Assembly (NCBI GenBank): GCA_964199315.1
Contig: OZ116702.1
Coordinates: 32,860,001-32,924,000, forward strand
Direction of reading: 5' to 3'
Source of the DNA: Orbicella franksi
Taxonomy: Eukaryota
Length of the DNA stretch: 64,000 nt
Made by a program: the position numbers and the translations under genes. The notes beneath the pieces were generated by a model. The model was not told where the DNA came from. It saw only the letters and a list, made by a program, of their open reading frames with translations, and did no database searches. Shown here piece by piece: positions 11,501-21,419 of this stretch (the stretch's first letter is position 1; each line of letters begins with the position of its first letter).

Positions 11501-14500
11501 ATCATGCCTCTTTAAAAAATTCTATGGTTGGTATGGAAACATCAAGTTCCGAGCGTAATGGCACGACGTTGTAGCAAATTGTTCCCAGATAAATTTTAGA
11601 TTTAGTGGCAAAGTTTGGCAACTTTTACTCGAATGTTGAAAAAGTTATACTCTTGAAGTCAGAACAGGCAGATCGTTTCTACCCTCCTCAATAGTCTAAC
11701 CAGGGTAAAAGCAATTTTTATGTGTACGCATTGTTTTGGTTTTCTAGGAGAAATATCTTGTGCATTTTCAAGCTTGTTTATGGAGTTGGTCTAAGATCAC
11801 TCCGGAAACTGTTCATTAAAATCAATCCATCATGGTCCAATCAACCCTCTGATGCAGCAGCATTCGACAAATGGAAGATGAAGGTCAGCAAAGATGAAGA
11901 AATTAGTTTCAACAAAGGAGACATTGAGGAATGGGACTTGTCATTGATGACAACGGCACTTCTCTATTCTAAGAGTTGTGCATTGGAAATGAACAAAAGA
12001 CCGGATTTAGCACGTGCCCTGAAGGAATTGAAGATCGACCGTAACAAGCTGCTGGGACACCCTTCTACAGAGAGGATGTCTGATGCTGAGTTTGACACCT
12101 TTTGGCCTCAATTGTCAAAGAACTTTGAAATTCTTGGTGCTGAGCCAGATGACATTGCAGAGATAATGCTCCAGCCAGGTACCCACTGTAAATAAGGTTA
12201 GATAAAGCACTGCGCGCCCATGGGGAAGTTGAAATTCAAGTTCCTCCCCTCGATTGGAAGTATTTTTCTTTTGACTCAACTATGAAGGATCTGGTAAAAA
12301 TCGCCCCTGTTATCCATCTTACTGAGTACGAGCTTTGGACGTTTGACTCGGACTGTAAAACAGGTGATATCGCGCTTTTAGAATTGACTGAGCCTGCACA
12401 GGAACCCATCACTGGGAGCGTGCAACTACCCCATGCATATTCCTGTCACGGCGCTTTCGCAGACCGATCTATTTTTGGTTTAAATTTGCCGCGAATTCAG
12501 ATCTCCGTAGGATCCTCAGTGACCAATCACAAGCACGGACTTAATTTTTCATCATTTCACGTCATCATTTCACTGGAAGATTAAAAAGAAAAACCGCCAT
12601 TTTTTCCCTTACCGATGCGCGTTCATGTATACCGGAACTGACCTATTTCGCGGGTAAAGAAGCCTAAAAATAGACCGGTCGATCTGTAAAAGTGCTGTGA
12701 CGTAGGCTTAGTATGGGGGTTGCACGCTACTAGTGATGGGCTCCTGGCCTGCAGGTTTCCGTCATCGAAGTTGCTGGTTTTAACTTTAAAAGCAGCACTA
12801 CAGTACGTTTGCATATTATGTCAATAATTCTGTCAACTGCTGACGACTTTTTGATTGGACAAAATAAGAATCGGAATACTTTAAGCGTTCCGAAGGAAAT
12901 TTTCGCCCAGAACGGCACTTGTTCCCCTGAATGGGGAATAAAAGTCGGACTGATGTGCTTGTGGGCCGTATAGATTATAACGAAGTCCAATGTAGAAATA
13001 ATCTACTTTGTGTTTTCAAAATCAGATACAGATGATAACTCGAATTTTGGGTGCGTTCCTTTGGGGTGATCTGGATCAGGATCAGTGATCCAAGATCACT
13101 CGGATCATGTTACATCAAAGAAGCCAATGAATCCGTGACAAGAGTGGATTCATCAGTTCCTTTGATACACCATGATCCGAGTGATCTTGGATCACTGACC
13201 CTGATCAGGATCACCCCAAAGGAACGCACCCTTAGAGGGTTACGGTAAATATATGAGTAGAAGACAACAATATCCCTCCCATGCCCCAGGGCTTGAAATC
13301 ATTTCCGAGCTTTTTCTGTACCATATTTTTTAATTGTGGATGTGCTCTCTTTAGATGAAGTGCTCTATTCTGGACATTATTACAAGCAGCTGTTCTTGTC
13401 AGAACGAGAACACGTTTGCGGCAGTGGTGAAAGGAAGCTGGAAGAAATGGATAGCAAATTGGATATCATAATTGCAAATCAGTTACCTGCCACTGTTGTC
13501 AAGGCTCCTATTAGCCCCAGAGACCTCAGTGGTCCCAACTGGGATGAATGGCTGAAATTCTGTGACATGGTCGGGGATTTTGAATCACACCAGAATCAGT
13601 ACATCCTTGTTACAGACTCCCTCCCCCCTGAAGAGCTTGAGTGCTTTTCTATTTTAAGAGGTGTGTCATGGAAGATGATCTTGGACTTCGATCCGATGTC
13701 AGAAGAGGAAGGGTTCTATCGCGAATTCACATCGAAGGAAGGTCAAAGTAACTTGGTCAGCATGATAACACCAGCAGAGTTGCGTAAAAGTTCCATGGGA
13801 AGTCTTCTGCGTCAGATCGATCCACAAAAAACGCAGTGGCTTTTTGTCAACGGAAGGTACAGTGACACGGAGGGAAGTGCACAGTCACTTCCGGATTGGG
13901 AGGCTACCTCAGTCAAGCACATCAGCAGGTTGTTTGGATGTTGTTCTGACCCTGACAAATTTGACAAGCAGAAACCAGTTGTGTGTGTCATCCTTCCATT
14001 TCGCCAGAAGAGCCTGCCGTACTTGGAAGTGACTTTAAGTCGTCTCATCGAGAACTTTGATGAGTTTAAGCTGCGTTTCGTTTCCTTTAAACACAAGCAT
14101 TCCCATCTTATTTCAAGAAAGTTTGAGGTGCGACACTTTGATTTAAGCCCGAAACTTGTCAGTCTAGGGCTGTCAGAAATGCTTACTGCGTCAGCAACGC
14201 CAGAATATCGCATGCCCTCTTCACACGCTAGCGTCCCTGCAAAGCTAAGTCAGAATGACTTTCTTTATCTCAAGGAACACCTTCAAATCCTTTATGACGG
14301 ATGTGAAGATCTCCCAGAATACTCAAATGATCCAGCCGAGTTAGCAAATTTCTTTGAAGAACACAGGAAGTCCTTCATTTCAGGGAATCAAATTTCCCTC
14401 GTAAGCCTATACGACAACCATGATGCAAAAAGAGAAATCGAGGGAGATATTCGAAGCCATGTTCACCGTCTTCTCGATCAAGGATTGACGCGGTCTGTGA

Positions 14501-16977
14501 TTGTCGAGATCAGGCACTCACCGGGAACAGGTGGCTCCACCATCGCGCGCCGTGTCATGTGGGATCTTCACAAGACCTATCCTTGTGCACTTCTGAACAT
14601 ATCTAGTTCTCGCCACTACTTTGATGACGACAATACCCTTTCCAACAAATTTGCCAACCGCATAACAGCATTGGAAGAAATATGCCACACGTCTCCAGTG
14701 ATCCTAATTGACGGAAAGCATTCAAGCTTGATTGAGGGTCTTTCAAACAAGCTTGTAAGGTTGCTAGGCAACAAAGGCAAACGAGCCCTTCTATTGCGCT
14801 GTCAACATGGATCAAAGACCACCAAACGAGTCAATCAGGACTCCTCTTCTCACGTTCATCACGTATTTGATGTCAACGTGAAGCTAGAGGACTCGATTGC
14901 AGATCTCAACGAGTTCCAGTCCAAGTACAAGGAATACATCGCTCAGTCGCTGGGTGAAAATCAAACACCAAACCTCTGCCGTGTTTTTCACTTTCCGCTG
15001 CTTGCCATGATGGAAGAGTTTCGACCCAAGCTCACGAAGATAATCGAGGACACTCTGGATGAAATGGGAGGCATCCAGCAAGAGATGGCGATGGTAGTCG
15101 CGTTCTTGCAGAAATACGCGAATCACCCCACACCTGCTTTCCTTCTGTATGAAGCCTTTAAGGGGTACATCCGCATTTCAGGTGATAAACCCACTACCTA
15201 TGAAGACATCAAGCTGCTGTTCACAGAGCACTTGCTTAACCTGATGGTGCCCACAGACCCGCTTAGACGCAGGGGGAGATCAGGTGCGTTTAAGGACACA
15301 CCACCCGAAAGCTACACTCTTCAGCATCCCTTGGTTGCAGATTTGGTGTTGAAAAAGGTTTTCCAAATTCAGGAATGTAATCTTTTTGGGGTGGTGACCA
15401 AGTTCCTTCAGTTTCCTATCTACCAACATGAATGCTTCTTGCCCCTTTTTGAAGAACTGTTCCTTCACAACAAGTATGGACAGAAAATCAAATTTTCCAT
15501 ACTGTTTGAAGACCTTAAACGCCTTGATCCAGAGCACGCAGCAAGGATTTTCTCTGAGGCAGCTGTGAAGACCAATGATGCCGCTGTATTTGCCAACGCA
15601 GCAAGATTTCTTGCAAAGAAGGAGCCTCCATCGTTTTCAGAGGCAAAAGATCTTATTCAGCGAGCATTCCAAGCCAAAACTTCAAAGGTGAGATGGCGGA
15701 GCCTGTATCACACCAAAGGCGTCGTTCTGTTCCATGAAATGAAGAGCGAGATCCATTCTGGAAAGGTGAAAGATCTGCAAAGGCTTGAAGAGCTGGCCAG
15801 CGAGGTTCTTAAGGCGCACCATGAAGCACGCAATTTTCCTCCAACTTACCCCCATCCTTTGATTGGCGAGGTTGACGTTTGGCTGGCTTGTATTGACTGG
15901 ATCATGAAGAATCGTTGCAATCGTGATTCCGACAAGACCTTGAAGTTTCTTACCAATCGTTCCCCACCTTTCTTTCGCACCTGTGTCAGTGATTCATTCA
16001 ATCTACTTGACATTGTAGATGGAATCTGCCAGAGTGTGCCTAACCTTACAGATCCCGATGAAACCCAGAGGCTTAGCAACACTGCCCGATTGTCTCTGCT
16101 GAAGACCTTTAAACAAGGGCTTTCAGTAACTGGACGAAGACGTGATGCAGATGATTTACTTCAAGCCTGTAAGGCAATTTGCAGTGCTCCAAACTTTCCA
16201 AGATCTTCGCAAGTGGAGCTCAAGAAACTCCAGGCTCACTTCATCCTGAGTGCAAGTGATCCAATCGACATATTAAACCATGAAAACCTTGAGTATTTAC
16301 TGAAGCTCCTGGAAGAACTGGTGTTGGGTGAGAATGAATACAGGCTGGCGTACCATCTGATGAAGGTGTGCGTGCTGGTGACTGGCCCAAGATGCTACAG
16401 TCTCGAGCAAGGTCTTACTGTGAGTGAGAAGTGGCGTGATGTTTCTTCTAACGACTGCCTCCCTTATTTCTACCAGATGACCATCTACTTCTTGAAGATC
16501 CTTGACGGAAACTCGCTCGAATTCGCGTCGAAGTACACCAAAGCATTGAGAATGTGTCAAGAAAAATCTCAGAATCATTTTCGCAGTACGCAATCAACGT
16601 TGTTTGTGGGCAAAGGTGGACAAGGGATGTCCCGTCTCATTACCCGCAACACCCTGTTCCGAGGGGAAACTGACTACGCCACAGATGATTCCGATAAAGT
16701 GTCAAAGTTCTGGCGAGTTGACAGTCGTAAAAAGTTGCTGGAATGCAAGGGACGGATACGAGTGTCCGAGCAGTCTTTCTCGCGTAGGAAGATCCATCCC
16801 TACATTGAACTTGTGCAAGGAAATCTGCAGCTCTATGTTGGGAAAAATGCAAACATTGGCAAAGTAGAAAGGGACTTTCCCGCTGGAGCTTTGGTATATT
16901 TCGTCGTGAGTTTCAACCTCCATGGCCCTGTTGCCAATGGAATAACCTTCTCGCCTCAAGAACTAACTCATGGCTAA
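8598..16977 (+). CDS. SAMD9-like: SAMD9-family protein, paralog B, 1722 aa: poly-Lys IDR - HEPN (DZIP3-type) - SIR2-like - STAND-like P-loop - TPR - OB fold
   Basis: Exons 8598-9712, 11748-12178, 13355-16977. Junctions GA|gtaagt...tttctag|G (phase 2) and G|gtaccc...ctctttag|AT (phase 1) join in frame; total 5169 nt = 1723 codons. SAMD9 hallmarks: QYILVTD, WKMILDFDP, WLFVNGR (recalled human YILVTN, WFAVLEFDP, WIFCNGR), HSPGTGGST, PVILIDG, VYFVVSFNLHGPVANGI. An acceptor at 8534-8535 with an in-frame stop before the ATG indicates a non-coding upstream exon. Confidence 0.85.
9872..10340. mobile_element. Interspersed repeat in intron 1 of paralog B with short tandem repeats and a long terminal hairpin
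   Basis: Three GTGTAACACCAGTGCAAA-like units at about 9930-9990. About 70-bp imperfect inverted arms across about 10185-10335. Confidence 0.7.
10483..10683. mobile_element. MITE (family also present at 55449-55631)
   Basis: TIRs ATTGTGTAGTTCCAGAAAATATCCAGACC / GGTATGGATATTATCTGGAACTGCACATT. The internal TTCATACATTTCTTTAAA core is shared with the HPRT intron 2 copy. Confidence 0.85.
11748..12178 (+). other. Exon 2 of paralog B encoding a complete DZIP3-type HEPN domain
   Basis: Translation contains WDLSLMTTALL, then ALKELKIDRNKLLGH (R at 12040-12042, H at 12058-12060), then MSDAEFDTFWPQLSKNFEILG. This matches the DxxLL / RNx4H / SDxEFxxxW...LG pattern of HEPN_DZIP3 as recognised by eye. Confidence 0.75.
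13049..13231. mobile_element. Palindromic Harbinger-type MITE in intron 2 of paralog B
   Basis: About 60-bp near-perfect inverted arms GGGTGCGTTCCTTTGGGGTGATC...CGGATCATG / CATGATCCG...GATCACCCCAAAGGAACGCACCC. Flanked by TTT and TTA (TWA-like target). Confidence 0.9.
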
Positions 16978-17933
16978 CAGAGAGTCTTAAATTGAAAAAA
17001 CTTGAACTCTTGCATGAACAAGCTTACGTCTGATCCCCTGTTAACAGGAAATTAGAAATGCTTAAGTACCTGTAATTTGAGTTCAATTTCGAAGACTGAT
17101 TTTCGTTTATTTTACCAATAGTTTAATGAAACTGCGTTTTTTAAAAGCAGTTTCACTATGTGTCATGTAAGCTCATATAGTTTGATAAAAGAAGCAATTG
17201 AAGAGTATTTTATTAGGCTTTGACGCACTGATTTTAGTTTTCTAATTTAAAGAGTAGCAGATGCTTTTCCTTTAAAAGAGAGGGAGAGAGAGAAAAAAAA
17301 CAAGCAAAATAAAACGAAAACAAATTGAAATGTACAAAAATATATATATAGAGAGAGAGAATGGCATTTTGTACAGCTCTGGAGATTTGCGTAGCAATCA
17401 AGTATTATGATTTTTGTTTTCGCTATTTTTTTTTTTTTTTTTCTTTTCATTGTTTTCCAGTTGTAGTGAGGATTTTACTTACTTACTTACTTTTCCTGTC
17501 CGGGCTCATGAGGACTCTTGAGGCCAGAATGAGGATTTTAGGCAAACATTAATGAACGGGCACATGAGACTTTTAATATTGTGTGTAATTTAATCATTCT
17601 GAGGTGAGAAGACGGCAAAATGATCATGATACATAACGCAGCACTGTGGGTAATAAAATCGGTGTAAACAGGTGAAAGACTATGTGAGTAATTTACAATC
17701 CCGGCCAGCTGAAGCCACCTCTCCAATGACCAGGTTCCAGTTATAACTCTCAACGGATCGTTTCACGGTTCGGCGCATGTCCAAGCCTTGGCGTGAGCGT
17801 AGAGTACCTTTTCTGACTGACCCAGGGGCCGCCCCGGACTGACCACATGTAGTGCAGGCAGTCAAAAAGAATTGGACCTTCTTGGCCCATACGCGCCCGC
17901 GTACAAGTCAGTGGTGTTACGCAAGAGAGCAAA

Positions 17934-20900
17934 ATGGCGGTCAAGTCTTGCTGCGCTTGTAAGATTGGACCTTCTATTTTAAATGCCGATCTTTCGTGCT
18001 TGGCAGATGAATGCCACAAGCTGCTAGAATGTGGCGCCGACTACTTGCATCTGGACGTAATGGACGGGTAAGTACCTAAAATATCGCATGGACAAAGCGA
18101 ATAAGTCGAGAAGATTAGGTTTGTTCGTGATCACGTGCAAAACAAACTTTACGATATGTACCATCTTGGTTTATGTTTCATCAGTTTTCAAATAAATGAC
18201 ATTAAAGCTGAAATCTTATTGCTTATAAATTTATGCACAATAGTCCTGGTGGACATTATTTCTTCAGAGCCAAGTTATATATATGCGAAACGTTTCAAAA
18301 TTATTAAAGCTTAAATTAAATTTTTTGAACTTCCACAAGCATGTACAGTTGCATAGTAATCACACAATTTTATACTTGAGCTTATAGCTGTAGTTTACGA
18401 GTTCTGTGCGAGAAAACTGTACTCGTTTTGGGATAAGGAATGAGTTGAGCACTGGCCTCCAACTGACCGTAGTTAATAAGACTTTTCATTGTTGGTAAGT
18501 AAATATAATTTTTATTTTGTGTAGCCATTTTGTGCCAAATTTGACATTTGGGGCTCCCTTGGTGAAGTGCTTGCGGAAAAAGGTCCCTAATGCTTTTTTT
18601 GGTGAGTTAAAAACATTGTTGACAAAGTTTCATTTGATGAAATTTCACTTTGCCACAAGCGTAATTTTATAGTATCCCTGTAATTTATGCGACATATGTG
18701 ATGCATGTGAATGTGTGTTTTGTGTGATTAATATGCTTCATATTACTTTCCTTGAGATAATTAGTAGCACACCATATTGTTTCTTATTGCATGAAAATGG
18801 TTGAATTTTCAGATATGCACATGATGGTTGCAAATCCAGAGAAGGTAAGGAAGCATGTTGAAAATATTTTATTTTGGTTTTGTTCAGTGATTTCTGTGCC
18901 CTCTTTTTAGGCTCAAAAAGACACACCTCTATAAATTCCTAGCACCACTGCATCCATTTGTTTTTTGAAACTTGGAAAAAAATACGAAAAAGGAAATAAG
19001 TGTAAAATTAAAGTACTTTTTTTGCTTTAACCAGCAATGTAGTTATTCAGACGTTTTTGTTGTGTTCAGTGGGTAGATGATATGGCTGATGCCGGGGCAG
19101 ACCAGTACACTTTTCACTTGGAAGCAACAGGTAAGAGCAAGTCAGAATAGATGTTGACCTCAGAGTGCCATATGGCACTCTTGGGGCTTTATAAAGGGAT
19201 AATTTTGATGCCTACAGGTGCAAACATTCAGCTGACTTGTGCAAAACAGAGTGAAGAATCCCAACAGCAGTATTACTACAAGACAGTAGGGAGATGGCTG
19301 CATGTGACAGCCAACTGCAAGCTATTTTCACCAGCTGATATTTCACCAGCAAACAAAGACCTGGTGCAGCTGGAGAAGTCTCGAAGGTGCACAGGCCAGT
19401 AAAGTTGGCTGGGCTTGTTTATGAGTCTGTTTAGGTTTTTCCTAGATACTTCTCCAAGATGCAAGACTCACGACTGTCATATGCAAACAGTTTCTCTGTA
19501 ACTGGTAATCTTGACTTTGTTATTAGTATTAGCTGAACAAAATGATGATATCCGATGCTTTTTCTTTTAGATAAGCCAGTAGACTTGATAAACCAAATCA
19601 AGAAAGCAGGAATGAAGGTAAACAACTTACTTATCGACTTGTTACAGAACTGTTAAATTTTTACACTTAATAAACCTTAGTTTGTTTTCCCACCCTACCT
19701 GTTACAAAGGTTACATGGGCATTGATGGCTGTATTTTACTGCCTTCAAGGTTGGTATAGGTATCAAACCCAACACACCAGTGGAGTCTGTTTTACCATTC
19801 GTGGAGCTAGTGGATATGGTTCTTATAATGACTGTCGAGCCAGGATTTGGTGGTCAAAAATTCATGGCAGACATGATGCCAAAGGTATATTACCACTGAC
19901 AATATTTAGACCCTTTGAATCATAAATGGCTGCCAAATAGGAATTCTTTTGTAAGTATTGAAATTAGCCTTTTACTTTAGAACTTCATTTTTAAGTTGAT
20001 AATTCAAAAGAATATTCACTCTCAAACAAGGTTAGGGAAGCTAATTTAAATGCATACAAAAGAAGTTTAAGATGGCAGCTATTATGAAAAGGGTCTATAG
20101 GTTGTTGAAAGCAATTGGGACTGTTTGTTTTTCCATACACTTCTTTGTCAGCATACCATTTCCTATTTTCATTACTGAGTGAAGACTAAATTCAATTCAT
20201 TTTACATTCACTAAGGTTAAATATCTACGTACCAAGTACAAAGTTTTGGATATTGAAGTAGACGGAGGAGTGGGAATCCCAACTATTGAAGCAGCTGCTC
20301 AGGTACCTTTGTGATACAACTCTGTGGTAACGCAGTGGCCTTACAGTTAGCATGCTGGACTCTGTATCAACTGATCTGTGTTGGCCTGGGTCATTACGTT
20401 GTGTTCTTGGGCAAGACACTTTACTCTCACAGATCCTCTCTCCATCCAGGTGTATAAATGGGTACTGGCAAATTTAATGCTGTGGGTAACCCTGTGATGG
20501 ACTAGCATCCCATCCAGGGGGGAGTAGAAATACTCCTAGTCACTTTATGCCACAAAAACCAGGATAAGCTCTAGCTGTGTGGATCACTTGGCCTGATACA
20601 GACTTTGTCCTACCATACCTTCTGTTGACATTATAGAATATCAAACAGGCAAATCTAAGTCAGGGCCAAGTTGTTCAAAAGCAGGTTAACTTGTATAAAA
20701 ACGTTTTTTACCTCTTATGTTTTGTGTTGCCTGAGATTATTCAAACTCAAAACTGAAGGACAAACGATTTACAAAAAACCTCACCAAAGAGTTGCATAAC
20801 TGAAATTCAAAATTCTTGCTAATCCTGGGTTAGCTTAATCAAGCTTTGAACAACCTGGCCCAGGGTGTTAAGGTTTATAGCCACTTCACCTGTTAACCTG

Positions 20901-21161
20901 CCACCTGTAACATTGCTATTTATGAAATATCATTCATTTTTTCTCTTTTCCACCTCTTTTTTTTTGTTTTTAACTATGGACGCATTTGAGGTCTGCCTTT
21001 TAAACATCAGATTTATTTTTCAGGCTGGCGCCAATATGATTGTCTCTGGTAGTGCTGTTGTCAAGAGTGATAAACCAAAGGAGGTAATCGATTCCTTAAG
21101 AGCGACAACAGAACAGTGGATTAAGATAAATTTTGAAGCAAGTCAATGGCCGTTTTCGTAG
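17934..21161 (+). CDS. RPE: Ribulose-phosphate 3-epimerase, 236 aa, 8 exons
   Basis: Exons 17934-18067, 18525-18601, 18813-18844, 19070-19130, 19571-19617, 19750-19884, 20216-20302, 21024-21161. All GT-AG and in frame (711 nt). Motifs [57 protein letters not shown]. Confidence 0.97.
20324..20606 (+). mobile_element. tRNA-derived SINE in RPE intron 7 (degraded minus-strand fragment at about 35360-35470)
   Basis: Decayed tRNA-like head (GCAGTGGCCTTACAGTTAGCATGCTGGACTC), central TTCTTGGGCAAGACACTTTACTCTCAC block, and GGACTAGCATCCCATCCAGGGGGGAGTAGAAAT block, whose reverse complement recurs in ESYT intron 2. Confidence 0.8.
20661..20863. mobile_element. MITE (related truncated copy at about 30957-31165)
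   Basis: TIRs GGGCCAAGTTGTTCAAAAGC / GCTTTGAACAACCTGGCCC. Confidence 0.8.
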
Positions 21162-21176
21162 TAAAAATGCATGATC

Positions 21177-21419
21177 CATCTGGACGAACTTGGACAAACT
21201 TTTGTAGTTCGTCTGGTTATGCGTCTTTAGTATAAAGACAGGCACAAAACGTATTTTGTGCCTAGACAAACTCTCTCTCGTAGTGCGACCTTCAAGATGC
21301 ATTTTGAGGGATAGTTCGTCTACACGTATAATGCGTCTTGTGTCCGTCTATATACTAAAGACGCATAACCAGACGAAGTTTGACGAAGACGAAGTTTGCC
21401 CAAGTTTGTTCAGACGGAG
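21177..21419. repeat. Long inverted repeat (probable MITE remnant) just after the RPE stop codon
   Basis: Perfect 27-bp inverted pair 21208-21234 / 21351-21377, plus imperfect outer arms. Confidence 0.8.

Noticed and set aside
12360-12400. GDIALLELTEP resembling the trypsin catalytic-Asp motif
   Set aside because: No His or GDSGG Ser motif nearby; probably a chance match.
73-13336. ORF-track starts at 73 (TTG), 11722 (GTG) and 13336 (GTG) as real initiation sites
   Set aside because: The first frame is open from base 1, and the other two starts lie in intron sequence just upstream of strong AG acceptors.
1-16977. Long intronless ORFs suggesting a prokaryotic Avs defence locus or contaminant
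   Set aside because: Paralog B has two canonical in-frame spliceosomal introns, and the locus is contiguous with intron-rich animal genes and animal-type repeats.
20324-20400. Possible tRNA gene
   Set aside because: Only a decayed A-box-like head with no intact T-arm or cloverleaf, followed by a SINE body.
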